In this document: positions 36,494-45,792 of the stretch, in pieces
Numbering within the stretch: the first letter of the stretch is position 1
Layout of the letters: each line of letters starts with the position of its first letter
NCBI GenBank assembly: GCA_900546635.1
Contig: URDS01000002.1
Coordinates: 337 to 64,336, forward strand
Reading direction: 5' to 3'
DNA: 64,000 nucleotides
Source: an uncultured Eubacteriales bacterium
Lineage (GTDB): Bacteria; Bacillota; Clostridia; Oscillospirales; CAG-272
The notes under the pieces: model-generated
What the model was told of the DNA's origin: nothing
What the model saw: only the letters and a program-made list of their open reading frames with translations
Databases searched by the model: none
Position numbers and translations under genes: made by a program

Positions 36494-37372
36494 TTACGCG
36501 CGCCGCGGTTTATAGGAGCCGGACACGAACATGGTTCCGATCCCCTCATCGGTCAGCGTCTCGATCAGAATCGAATGCGGCACGCGCCCGTCGATAATAA
36601 ATACTCTTTCCACGCCCCGTCGAATCGCCTCGGTACAGCACTCGATTTTCGGAATCATGCCGCCGGAAATCACGCCTCCGCGGATGAGTTCGGGCACATC
36701 GCTGACATAAATTTTATGAATCAGCGTGGACGGGTCGTCCTTGTCCCGCAGAATGCCGCTGATGTCGGTCATGGAAATCAGGCTCACAGCCGACAGCGCC
36801 GCGGCGATTTTTGCCGCGGCCGTATCCGCGTTGATGTTGTAGCTGTTGCCCGCGGCGTCGCAGCCCACCGTGGCGATCACCGGAATATACCCCTTATCCA
36901 AAACATCGAGAATGATCTGAGGATTGACATCGGTAACCTCGCCGACAAATCCGAGGCGGGTATCCTTGGCGCGCGCCTCGATCATATGGCCGTCAATGCC
37001 GCAAAGCCCGACCGCGCGGCCGCCCTTTGCATGCAGAAGATTGACCAGATTCTTATTGATCTTGCCGGCCAGCACCTGCTGAACGATCTCCATGCTCTCG
37101 CCGTCGGTCACGCGGAGGCCGTCCACAAACGAACTCTCTTTTCCCACCCGTGAAAGCATTTCCGTGATCTCCGGTCCGCCGCCGTGTACCAGCACGACCC
37201 GAACGCCGATCAGCGACAGAAGAACAATATCGCCCATGACGGCTTCTCTCAATTCTTCGCTGATCATCGCGTTGCCGCCGTATTTGACCACGACGATCTT
37301 ATCGGTATATTCCTGTATATACGGCAGCGCCTCGATCAGAACGCCGGCGCGCTGTGCGTTTGTCAGTTCCAT
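36494..37372 (-). CDS. argB: Acetylglutamate kinase
   Basis: ..VVKYGGNAM.., ..LVHGGGP.. and ..NINADTAA.. motifs. Confidence 0.9.
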   Translation of the reverse strand: MELTNAQRAGVLIEALPYIQEYTDKIVVVKYGGNAMISEELREAVMGDIVLLSLIGVRVVLVHGGGPEITEMLSRVGKESSFVDGLRVTDGESMEIVQQVLAGKINKNLVNLLHAKGGRAVGLCGIDGHMIEARAKDTRLGFVGEVTDVNPQIILDVLDKGYIPVIATVGCDAAGNSYNINADTAAAKIAAALSAVSLISMTDISGILRDKDDPSTLIHKIYVSDVPELIRGGVISGGMIPKIECCTEAIRRGVERVFIIDGRVPHSILIETLTDEGIGTMFVSGSYKPRRA

Positions 37373-37382
37373 TCTGTCCTCC

Positions 37383-38594
37383 TCAGGTACGGTAGTCCCC
37401 GTTGATTTTTACATAATCGTAGGTCAGATCGCATCCCCACGCGGTCGCCCGCGCTATGCCACTGCCAAGGTCGATCAAAACGCCGATCTCCTCGCAAAGC
37501 AGGATCTTTTTGGCCTCTTCTTCGGAGAACGGGATGCCCGCGCCGCCCGCGCAGACCTTGATGCATCCGGCGCTGCTTTCAAAAGCGACCGAAATTTTGG
37601 ATACGTCTACATCGGCGCCGCTGTATCCGATCGCGCAGAGTACACGCCCCCAGTTCGCGTCCGCGCCGAACATGGCGGCCTTGAAAAGCGAAGAACAAAT
37701 CACGCTTTTGGCGACCGTCTTCGCGGTTTGTTCGTCTTTCGCGCCGCTGACCGTGCATTCGAGCAGTTTGGTCGCACCCTCGCCGTCGCCGGCAATCCGG
37801 CGGCACAGATACACGGTCACGGTATTGAGCGCCCGCATAAAGGCTTCAAAATCAGCGCCCTCTTCGGTGATACACGGATTTCCCGCCATGCCGTTGGCCA
37901 TTACGGTCACCATGTCGTTTGTGGAGGTATCCCCGTCCACGCTGAGCATGTTGAAGCTCTTATCCACATCGCCCGAAAGCGCTTTTTGCAGCATTGCGGG
38001 CGAAATGGCGCAGTCGGTCGTGATGAACACAAGCATCGTCGCCATATTGGGATGAATCATGCCGGACCCCTTGGCAATCGCGCCGATGCGGCATTCCACG
38101 CCGCCGGCCGTAAAGCACACGGCGATCTCCTTGCGCATGGTATCGGTGGTCATGATGCCTTCCGCGGCAAGGTCGGAATGGTTTCCAAGTCCGAGACAGA
38201 GTTCACGCATACCCGCTTCGATCGGTGAAATATCAAGCGGCTGTCCGATGACGCCGGTAGACGCCACAACGACGTCGGCAGCCGCAATGCCGAGTTCTTT
38301 GCCGGCAAGCCCGCACATGCGCGCGGCAACCTCCACGCCGTCGGCGTTGCAGGTGTTGGCGTTGCCGCTGTTGCAGAGAATCGCCTGCGCATATCCGTCT
38401 GCGATATTGGTCTTGGTAACCGTGAGCGGCGCGCCTTTGACCAGATTCTTTGTATAAACGCTGGCGCATACCGCGCGCTTTTCGCTGTATATGAGCGCAA
38501 GATCGCGCTTGGTCTTGTTCTTGCGGATGCCGCAGTGGATGCCGTTTGCCGTAAATCCTTTTGCGGCGCAAACGCCGCCTTCAATCTGTTTCAT
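37383..38594 (-). CDS. argJ: Bifunctional glutamate N-acetyltransferase / amino-acid acetyltransferase
   Basis: 403 aa, with the autoprocessing site ..HPNMATML.. and a typical ArgJ N-terminus ..GGVCAAKGF.. Confidence 0.9.
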   Translation of the reverse strand: MKQIEGGVCAAKGFTANGIHCGIRKNKTKRDLALIYSEKRAVCASVYTKNLVKGAPLTVTKTNIADGYAQAILCNSGNANTCNADGVEVAARMCGLAGKELGIAAADVVVASTGVIGQPLDISPIEAGMRELCLGLGNHSDLAAEGIMTTDTMRKEIAVCFTAGGVECRIGAIAKGSGMIHPNMATMLVFITTDCAISPAMLQKALSGDVDKSFNMLSVDGDTSTNDMVTVMANGMAGNPCITEEGADFEAFMRALNTVTVYLCRRIAGDGEGATKLLECTVSGAKDEQTAKTVAKSVICSSLFKAAMFGADANWGRVLCAIGYSGADVDVSKISVAFESSAGCIKVCAGGAGIPFSEEEAKKILLCEEIGVLIDLGSGIARATAWGCDLTYDYVKINGDYRT

Positions 38595-38605
38595 CTGTCT
38601 GTCTC

Positions 38606-39538
38606 CTAAAGTTCAAGCGCTTCACAGGGGTCCGCGCCCATGACGATGTTCATACATTCGACCGCGGCGCCCGATGCGCCCTTGCCGAGGTTGTCATAGC
38701 GCGCAACCGCCAAAATCCGCTCGTCGCTGCCGAATACTGAAATTTCCATCGCGTCTTTTCCGCAAAGGCGAAGCGCCGACAAAAAACCGCTCTCGTCCGC
38801 CCCCTCGGTATAGCGCACAACCGATCCGCGATAAAGCCCCGCATACGCGGCGCGAATATCCGCCGCGGTCTTGCCGGGCGCAAGCTGCTCGCGAAACAGC
38901 GGAAGCGTAACGACCATTCCGCTGTAAAAATCCGAAACGATCGGAGAAAATACCGGCGCGTGCGCAAGTCCCGTCACCGCCTGCATTTCGGGCAGATGCT
39001 TGTGCGTCTGCGAAAGCGCGTACTGGCGCGGCGCCGAAAGCATCTCGTCCCGCCCCTCGCGCTCATAGTCGGCAATCATAGTTTTACCACCGCCGCTGTA
39101 TCCGGTCACCGAATGAAAGCTGAGCAGCGCGTCGCTCGGCAGAATCCCCGCCGAAATCAGCGGATAAACCAGCGCGATAAAGCCGCTGGCATGGCATCCC
39201 GGCACCGCAATGCGCTTGGAGGCGCGGATCTTTTCGGCAAAAGCGTCTCCGAGTTCCGGAAATCCGTATGCAAACGCCGGATTTGTGCGGTGCGCGGTCG
39301 AGGCGTCAATCACGACCGTGCGGTCGTTTTCCACCATCGAAACCGCTTCAATGGCCGCCGCGTCGGGCAGACACAAAAATACGATGTCGGCCGCGTTCAG
39401 CGCCGCGCGCCGTGCCGAAACGTCCTTGCGCATCTCTTCGGACAGGCCGATCAGTTCGATGTCCGTCCGGCCGAGCAAGCGCTCACGGATCCGCAGTCCC
39501 GTCGTCCCCGCGCTGCCGTCTATAAATACTTTCTTCAT
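38606..39538 (-). CDS. argC: N-acetyl-gamma-glutamyl-phosphate reductase (short, type-2 form)
   Basis: 310 aa with ..IDGSAGTTGLRI.. and the catalytic ..VPGCHASG.. Its ATG overlaps the argH stop as ATGA. Confidence 0.9.
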   Translation of the reverse strand: MKKVFIDGSAGTTGLRIRERLLGRTDIELIGLSEEMRKDVSARRAALNAADIVFLCLPDAAAIEAVSMVENDRTVVIDASTAHRTNPAFAYGFPELGDAFAEKIRASKRIAVPGCHASGFIALVYPLISAGILPSDALLSFHSVTGYSGGGKTMIADYEREGRDEMLSAPRQYALSQTHKHLPEMQAVTGLAHAPVFSPIVSDFYSGMVVTLPLFREQLAPGKTAADIRAAYAGLYRGSVVRYTEGADESGFLSALRLCGKDAMEISVFGSDERILAVARYDNLGKGASGAAVECMNIVMGADPCEALEL

Positions 39539-40908
39539 TTCAAAAGCTCCGTGATAAACTTTTCCTGCGCCGCAAAGGACGCAGCCGAAGTGCCGCCGGC
39601 CGAAATCCGGCGCGCTACGCAGGATTCGAGGCTGATGTCATCGTATACATCCTCTCCGAACAACTCGGAAAACTGCCGGTAGGTCTCAAGCGGCAGCTTA
39701 TCCAGCACCGTGTCGTGCGCAATCGAATACGCGACCAGCTGACCGACGATTTTATACGCGCTCCGAAAAGGCATTCCGCGCCGGACCAGATAATCCGCAA
39801 CATCGGTCGCGTTGATAAAACCGCCCTGCGCCGCGCGGTACATACGATCCGCATGCACATGCATTGTGGCGACCATCGGCGCAAACACGCGCAAACACAT
39901 CTTAACGGTATCCACGCTGTCAAAAATCGCCTCTTTGTCCTCCTGCATATCCTTGTTGTAGGCAAGCGGAAGCCCTTTCAGCATTGTAAGCGTCGCCATC
40001 AGATTGCCGAACACACGCCCGCTCTTTCCGCGCACAAGTTCCGCCATATCCGAATTTTTTTTCTGCGGCATAATGCTCGAACCGGTTGTATACGCATCGT
40101 CCAGTTCCACAAACCGGAACTCCCAGCTGGACCACAGAATAATCTCCTCCGAAAAACGGGACAGGTGCGTCATCAAAAGCGCCATGGCGCTTTCAAGCTC
40201 CACGCAGAAATCCCGGTCGGAAACGCCGTCCATGCTATTGAGCGAAATGGAATCAAAACCGAGCGCCGCCGCCGTCATTTCCCGATCCGTCGGATAAGTC
40301 GTTCCCGCAAGCGCGCAGCAGCCGAGGGGTGAAACATTCATCCGGCGCACAGCGTCCTCAAAGCGGCCGATGTCCCGCGCAAAGCTCATGGCATACGCCA
40401 TCAGATGATGCCCGAACGTGACCGGCTGCGCCCTTTGAAGATGCGTATACCCCGGCATAATCGTATTTTGATTGGCTTTCGCGACCGAGACGATCGAACG
40501 CAAAAGCGCCTTGATCATCTCGACGATCTCTCCGCTCTCGCGGCGCAGATACATGCGCAGATCCAGCGCCACCTGATCGTTGCGCGAGCGCGCGGTATGC
40601 AGGCGTTTGCCTATATCGCCGATCCGACGGGTCAGTTCCGCCTCGCAGAACATATGTATATCCTCGGCGCGCTCGTCGATCACAAGCGCGCCGCTTTCAA
40701 TATCGTCGAGTATCTCTCCGAGCGTCTTGATGATCAATTCGCTGTCCTTTACCGGAATGATTCCCTGCTTTCCGATCATGGCCGCGTGCGCGATGGATCC
40801 CTCAATATCCTCACGATACATCCGCTTGTCAAAACGAATCGAAGAATTGAAATCATCCGCAATCTGATCCAGCGCCCCGGCCGAACGCCCCGCCCACATC
40901 TTTTCCAT
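39535..40908 (-). CDS. argH: Argininosuccinate lyase
   Basis: The fumarate-lyase signature ..GSSIMPQKKNSD.. is present. The start was moved to the ATG at 40908 (GAGG 7 nt upstream) from the track's TTG at 40914. Confidence 0.9.
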   Translation of the reverse strand: MEKMWAGRSAGALDQIADDFNSSIRFDKRMYREDIEGSIAHAAMIGKQGIIPVKDSELIIKTLGEILDDIESGALVIDERAEDIHMFCEAELTRRIGDIGKRLHTARSRNDQVALDLRMYLRRESGEIVEMIKALLRSIVSVAKANQNTIMPGYTHLQRAQPVTFGHHLMAYAMSFARDIGRFEDAVRRMNVSPLGCCALAGTTYPTDREMTAAALGFDSISLNSMDGVSDRDFCVELESAMALLMTHLSRFSEEIILWSSWEFRFVELDDAYTTGSSIMPQKKNSDMAELVRGKSGRVFGNLMATLTMLKGLPLAYNKDMQEDKEAIFDSVDTVKMCLRVFAPMVATMHVHADRMYRAAQGGFINATDVADYLVRRGMPFRSAYKIVGQLVAYSIAHDTVLDKLPLETYRQFSELFGEDVYDDISLESCVARRISAGGTSAASFAAQEKFITELLK

Positions 40909-41036
40909 CGTCAAACCTCAGTGTCCAAAATTTCGGATCCAAGACCCGCTATATACTCCGAGAGCCGCCGCATTTTTCCATGCGGCGGCTTTGCCCGCGT
41001 CCGCGCGCCCGCTTCAGCGGCCGTCGGAGTTTTTTC

Positions 41037-42266
41037 TTACTGCTTGTTATTTTTCGCCTTGACGCGCGCCTGTACCGAAATCGGCAGGCCGTACAGATTG
41101 ATAAAGCCCGCGCTGTCCGCCTGGTTATAAACATTGTCCTCGCCGAAGGTCGCGATCTCCTCGGAATACAGCGAATAATCGCTCCACGCGCCGGCCTTGA
41201 TCATATTGCCCTTGTACAGTTTGATTTTGACTTTGCCGGTCACATGTTCCTGCGTTTTGTCTACAAACGCGGACAGCGCCTCGCGCAGCGGCGTGAACCA
41301 CTGGCCGTTGTACACCAGTTCGCCGAACGTGACGGCAAGCTTTTCTTTTTCGTGCATGGTCATCTTATCCAGGCAAAGCGTTTCAAGGTACGCATGCGCA
41401 AAGTACAAAATCGCGCCGCCCGGCGTCTCGTACACGCCGCGGCACTTCATGCCGACTAGACGGTTTTCCACAATGTCAAGCAGACCGATGCCGTTTTCGC
41501 CGCCGATCTGATTCAGCTTCAGAATGATCTCCTTGGCGCTCATCTTTTCCCCGTCGAGCGCGACCGGCGCGCCCTCGACAAAATCAAGCGTCACATAGGT
41601 CGGCATATCGGGCGCCTGCAAAGGAGACACGCCCATTTCCAAAAAGCCCGGTTTTTCATACAGCGGCTCGTTGCCCGCGTCCTCAAGATCCAGTCCCTCA
41701 TGCGAAAGATGCCAGAGGTTCTTGTCCTTGGAATAATTGGTCTCGCGGTTGATCTTCAGCGGCACATTGTGCGCCTCCGCATAATCAATCTCCTCATCGC
41801 GGGATTTTATCGACCATTCACGCCAAGGCGCGATGATCGGCATATCGGGCGCAAACGCCTTAATCGCCAGTTCAAAACGCACCTGGTCGTTGCCCTTGCC
41901 CGTGCAGCCGTGACAAATCGCGTCGGCTCCCTCCGCTTTGGCAATCTCTACAATGCGCTTGGCAATGATCGGACGCGCAAAGGACGTGCCGAGCATATAT
42001 TCCTCATACTTCGCGCCGGCTTTGACGGTGGGAATGATATAGTCGTTGACAAATTCCTCCGTCAGATCCTCAATATAAAGCTTGGAAGCGCCGGTTTTTT
42101 TCGCCTTTTCCTCCAGCCCCTCAAGCTCGTCCGCCTGTCCCACGTTGCCGGAAACGGCGATTACTTCGCAGTTGTTGTAGTTTTCCTTGAGCCACGGAAT
42201 AATAATCGAAGTATCCAACCCGCCCGAATACGCAAGGACGACTTTTTTGATTTTGCTTTTATCCAT
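41037..42266 (-). CDS. argG: Argininosuccinate synthase
   Basis: ..[12 protein letters not shown].. (PP-loop) and ..[14 protein letters not shown].. are present. The ORF was trimmed to the ATG at 42266 (GGAGGAAAG RBS). Confidence 0.95.
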   Translation of the reverse strand: MDKSKIKKVVLAYSGGLDTSIIIPWLKENYNNCEVIAVSGNVGQADELEGLEEKAKKTGASKLYIEDLTEEFVNDYIIPTVKAGAKYEEYMLGTSFARPIIAKRIVEIAKAEGADAICHGCTGKGNDQVRFELAIKAFAPDMPIIAPWREWSIKSRDEEIDYAEAHNVPLKINRETNYSKDKNLWHLSHEGLDLEDAGNEPLYEKPGFLEMGVSPLQAPDMPTYVTLDFVEGAPVALDGEKMSAKEIILKLNQIGGENGIGLLDIVENRLVGMKCRGVYETPGGAILYFAHAYLETLCLDKMTMHEKEKLAVTFGELVYNGQWFTPLREALSAFVDKTQEHVTGKVKIKLYKGNMIKAGAWSDYSLYSEEIATFGEDNVYNQADSAGFINLYGLPISVQARVKAKNNKQ

Positions 42267-42303
42267 GATTCTTTCCTCCGGAGTCATTTTTCAGATTGAA
42301 AAT

Positions 42304-42354
42304 ATTATAGCACCGTCTGAATATAAATTCAATAGCTTTGAATAAATATTCTGT
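42304..42354 (-). promoter_or_regulatory. argG-operon promoter overlapped by a tandem ARG-box (ArgR/AhrC) operator
   Basis: On the minus strand: TTGAAT (42332-42327), a 17-nt spacer, then TGcTATAAT (hexamer 42309-42304). There are two 18-bp boxes, TCTGAATATAAATTCAAT (42316-42333) and TTTGAATAAATATTCTGT (42337-42354), separated by 3 bp. They match the E. coli consensus TNTGAATWWWWATTCANW at 18/18 and 17/18 positions. Box 1 covers the -35. Confidence 0.7.
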
Positions 42355-42532
42355 TCTTTTTTCAATTTTTGTTATTTAGCACAAGGATTTTCATTTTGAA
42401 ACCCAGTTTTTATATAAAGTTTTCGGACTTTTGATGAAAACCGTTTCACGCGGCACGAAAAATGAATATATTCGTTATTTTCTCGTTAATTATTCAAAAA
42501 ATATTTGAGTTTACAACCATACGGCACCGATC

Positions 42533-42568
42533 GCAAAAAGCCGGCCGGAACAAAAATCCCGGCCGGCT
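42533..42568 (-). terminator. Rho-independent terminator of the 42578..45328 gene
   Basis: On the minus strand: AGCCGGCCGG-(10 nt)-CCGGCCGGCT followed by TTTTTGCG. Confidence 0.65.
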
Positions 42569-42577
42569 CTGCACCGA

Positions 42578-45328
42578 CTACTGAATCAGTTTTTTCAAAG
42601 AGCGCTGAACATTCTCTATACCCACCTTGGTAAACCCATAATAATTTATACTCTTCGTCACATCAAATTTGTTCAACGCATAGTTCAGCAGCAAAAGACT
42701 GTCGGCCAGATCGACTTTTCCGTCCCCGTTCAAATCTCCGGTCAAAATGCTTTCGGCCTGCACGCCCTCGGCTATGCGAATATCAACACGTCCTGTGTTC
42801 TGTCCCTCGTCGTAGCTGCCCGCAGCATATTTTCCGGTATATGCGTAGTCCCGTATCTTTGCGCCCTGCGGCCACGAACCGATTTCCGCCGTAATCGTTC
42901 CCGACAGATAATTCATCCCGTTGATGCCGTTGTAGCCGTGATTGGCAATGCTCGCGCCGCGCCCGATTTGAATTTCCATATTGCCGCTGTAAACGCCAAA
43001 CGGCGAGTTATCCGCAAGGCGGATATGACCGCCGGTAAAGCTTTTCCACGTGCCGCCGTTGACAATCAGACGCATATCCCGGTCGTAGCTTGCACTTGCC
43101 TCGTCGTCATAGGCAGTCTTGCTTTCGTCCTCATAAAACAGCGTGTCGCCGGCCACCAGCAAAAAGGTTCCGGACGTTTTCACCGTCTCCGTGATTTCCA
43201 CGCTGTTGTAGCACATGGCAAGATAGGTTTGCTTGTAAACGGTTCTCAACGTCAAATTGTCCAGCTTCACAGGACAAAGACATTTGATCGTATCCCCGTT
43301 CATGACCAGGCTGGCGTTTGTTCCCTCTCCGACGAATGTCAGCTTCTCCAAATCCAGGGGCGTGAGGAACTTGGTCGGATACGTTATGGCGCCGATGATA
43401 TGAATCGTCGCCTCGGGAGCGGCCATGCCGAACGCCACCGTAAGGCTGGAAATCGGATCGTCGGCGGTGCCTGCGCCATTCAGCTTGCCGCCGGACGAAA
43501 CATAAATATCGCGCATACCGAAATCCGGTACACCATATATCCCTTCAAAAATCGCGTCATAAACCGCGCGCGCGTAAATTACATAGCCGTCGTTGTCGGG
43601 ATGCAGCTTGTCGTTTGCAAACAATCTGTCCTCGACCGCGTCTTCCAGCAGCAGCGCATACGTATCCACGTATGTATACTTTTCCGGCTCCCGCTCCGCG
43701 AGCGTCTCCAAAACCCGCTTCTGCAGCGGACGAATTATGGATACGGCGCGAACGTCCTGATGTTTTTGAGAGGTCAAACGGTAAATCGCGCTCGTGCCGA
43801 ACACTCTCTCGGTATCCGGCAGCGCGCCGAACGATTCCACAAGCTCTTTGTACATCCGCTCGAAGCGCCTTGTCTGGCCAGTCGTGCCGCCCGCGATCAG
43901 CGCGTCGTTCGTACCGAGCGCAATCAACACGTAACGGCTGTCTGCTTCCTCATACGCAACGGCATATGCCAGCGTTGCATTGTACCATACACGTCCATAA
44001 TGCATGACGGTAGCGCCGCCGACGCCGTAATTGCCTACGATCAGTTCGCGCCCCTTTTGCTCCGCCATCTCAAGCACGCGGGCGGGATACGCCGTGCGCA
44101 GCGCGTTCGTCGATCCGGTTCCCTGCGTGATGCTGTCCCCGATAAAAGAAATACGCAGTGGTTCTTCATAGCTCTGCCGCCGCCCGTTGACCGTGTCGAA
44201 GCGCCGAACGACGAGTCCTGCCGACGAAGGATAGTCCAGCGCCGCGCGCGTTTCGGTTCCCGCGTAACCTTTCACTTGTGTAGCATCGATCACGGTTCCC
44301 TTTGCAAACGACGCGCCCTTTTTGATCGTCATGTCAAAATTGCCGCGCAGAAGCTGCGTATACCCCGTTGAAGTCTGAAACGCGCTGATCTCGCCGCCGT
44401 TGAACGTGCCGCCGTCGATATGTACCGTAATGTTTCCGTCCAGCGCGTAAAACCGGCGGTCCGAAGCCGTATAAGCGGAACAGACGCTTGCATACGCATG
44501 AATCTCTCCGGTACGCCCCTGCGCATATACGGGTACGTTGAATACACCGCCGTGAATCGTCAAGTCTGCGTCGTCCGCCAAAAAGGACATGCCGGATATG
44601 CTGAACGCATTTTCATATTTATTATTGCTGGCTACGTCATAAGAGACATTCTTGCCAAACGTCCCGCCGTACACCGTCACCGAAAGGGGCGCTGCGATCG
44701 AGCCGACAAGCGCCGCATTGGAACTGCGTCGGTTGCCGCCGCAAAAAGAACGAAATTGTCCGGCATATACGGTAATCTGATAGGGAGTCTCCGTTATATA
44801 GGCCTGATTCAGCCGAGCATTGGACGCTGTCTCTCCCATCGTGCCCGCGGCGCAATCCACGCCGCCGAAATAATCCAGCGTACCGGAAACGGAAAAATGC
44901 GCTCCGAAAACCATACTGTTGAATCCGCCGAAGACAGCCGTGCCGTTCGCCGCCGAGACCGAGACCGGAAGATTCAGCGTGATCACATTGGCGTTCGTAT
45001 TTTTAGCAAAAGTCAGATTCGAGGCAAGCGTCAGCTTGCCTCCGTTCTCCGCCTCAAACGTAAGATCGCCCGACTGTTCGCGAACAGTCAGCGCGGACGA
45101 AACCGGCACATTCCCGCAAAATACAATCGTACCGCCTTCTCCGCCGAGCAGAGAAAGTGCTTTTTCAAGCGTTCCGACCGGACTGTCGGCGCTGTTTCCC
45201 GAACCGTCTGCACCGCCGCTGACATAAACCGTTTTCAAAGTTTTCCCCTCCGCTGCCATAAGACCGATTGCGGCAAGCGCCCCTGCAAGCAGGCATATGA
45301 AGAAAAAGCGAATCCATTTTTTATTCAT
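42578..45328 (-). CDS. Secreted 916-aa protein (paralog 1): signal peptide, beta-helix-like domain, SGNH/GDSL hydrolase (about 43580-44160), a second homologous beta-helix-like domain, and a dockerin-like Ca-binding tail
   Basis: Signal peptide MNKKWIRFFFICLLAGALAAIGLMA. SGNH blocks: ..ISFIGDSITQGTGS.., ..ALGTNDA.., ..DKLHPDNDGY.. The N- and C-terminal domains both start ..[VI]YVS.GG...G.G.....P...L..A.. The tail reads ..GDLNGDGKVDLADSLLLLNYAL.. Confidence 0.8.
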   Translation of the reverse strand: MNKKWIRFFFICLLAGALAAIGLMAAEGKTLKTVYVSGGADGSGNSADSPVGTLEKALSLLGGEGGTIVFCGNVPVSSALTVREQSGDLTFEAENGGKLTLASNLTFAKNTNANVITLNLPVSVSAANGTAVFGGFNSMVFGAHFSVSGTLDYFGGVDCAAGTMGETASNARLNQAYITETPYQITVYAGQFRSFCGGNRRSSNAALVGSIAAPLSVTVYGGTFGKNVSYDVASNNKYENAFSISGMSFLADDADLTIHGGVFNVPVYAQGRTGEIHAYASVCSAYTASDRRFYALDGNITVHIDGGTFNGGEISAFQTSTGYTQLLRGNFDMTIKKGASFAKGTVIDATQVKGYAGTETRAALDYPSSAGLVVRRFDTVNGRRQSYEEPLRISFIGDSITQGTGSTNALRTAYPARVLEMAEQKGRELIVGNYGVGGATVMHYGRVWYNATLAYAVAYEEADSRYVLIALGTNDALIAGGTTGQTRRFERMYKELVESFGALPDTERVFGTSAIYRLTSQKHQDVRAVSIIRPLQKRVLETLAEREPEKYTYVDTYALLLEDAVEDRLFANDKLHPDNDGYVIYARAVYDAIFEGIYGVPDFGMRDIYVSSGGKLNGAGTADDPISSLTVAFGMAAPEATIHIIGAITYPTKFLTPLDLEKLTFVGEGTNASLVMNGDTIKCLCPVKLDNLTLRTVYKQTYLAMCYNSVEITETVKTSGTFLLVAGDTLFYEDESKTAYDDEASASYDRDMRLIVNGGTWKSFTGGHIRLADNSPFGVYSGNMEIQIGRGASIANHGYNGINGMNYLSGTITAEIGSWPQGAKIRDYAYTGKYAAGSYDEGQNTGRVDIRIAEGVQAESILTGDLNGDGKVDLADSLLLLNYALNKFDVTKSINYYGFTKVGIENVQRSLKKLIQ

Positions 45329-45469
45329 ACAACAACCCCCGTTTTTAATAGAATTATAACATTATTTCATATATATTACAACGTTTTTTGGTAATTCTGT
45401 CAAAAACATATACACTGTCTTTTATTTTTTACACAAGTTTGCCCTTATACGCGCGCGAACGCTTTGCTC

Positions 45470-45496
45470 TGTACAAAAAATATTATTTTTTGTACA
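45470..45496. promoter_or_regulatory. Perfect 27-bp palindrome (13-1-13) upstream of paralog 1; candidate operator
   Basis: TGTACAAAAAATA-T-TATTTTTTGTACA lies 142-168 nt upstream of the ATG at 45328. Confidence 0.4.
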
Positions 45497-45578
45497 ACAT
45501 ATTCCGTATCCCCACAGACGCCGACAGCATCCGTTTTTCGGACGCAAAAGAAAACCGCACGGCGTATGCCGTGCGGTT

Positions 45579-45737
45579 TGACCGTCGAAAAAGTGAAATT
45601 TGCAAATCAAATACGTTTACAAGGCGGACCTGTGCCGCCTTGTAAACACCTTACAGGCGCGCGAGTGCCGCCATCGGCGGCGCGACGGCGCGAGCGAACG
45701 CGCCCCATCGTCGAAAAACCTTGGTTTTGCGGCGCTT
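45579..45737 (+). repeat. MITE-like repeat, copy B, between the two paralogs and flanked by a duplicated terminator hairpin
   Basis: About 140 bp are near-identical to copy A (..AAATCAAATACGTTTACAAGGCGGAC.TG.GCCGCCTTGTAAACACCTTACAGGCGCGCGAGTGCCGCCATCGGCGGCGCGACGGCGCGAGCGAACGCGCCCCATCGTCG.AAAACCTTGGTTTT..). The flanks are ACCGCACGGCGTATGCCGTGCGGT (45554-45577) and ACCGCACGGCGTACGCCGTGCGGT (45740-45763). Confidence 0.8.
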
Positions 45738-45792
45738 AAACCGCACGGCGTACGCCGTGCGGTCTAAGCAAATATTCAAAACAGCGTGACCT

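Noticed and set aside
42581-42760. Calling the C-terminal tails of the two SGNH paralogs full type-I dockerins.
   Set aside because: Only one Ca-binding D.N.DG..D..D segment is present per protein instead of the usual tandem pair, so they are described only as dockerin-like or half-dockerin.
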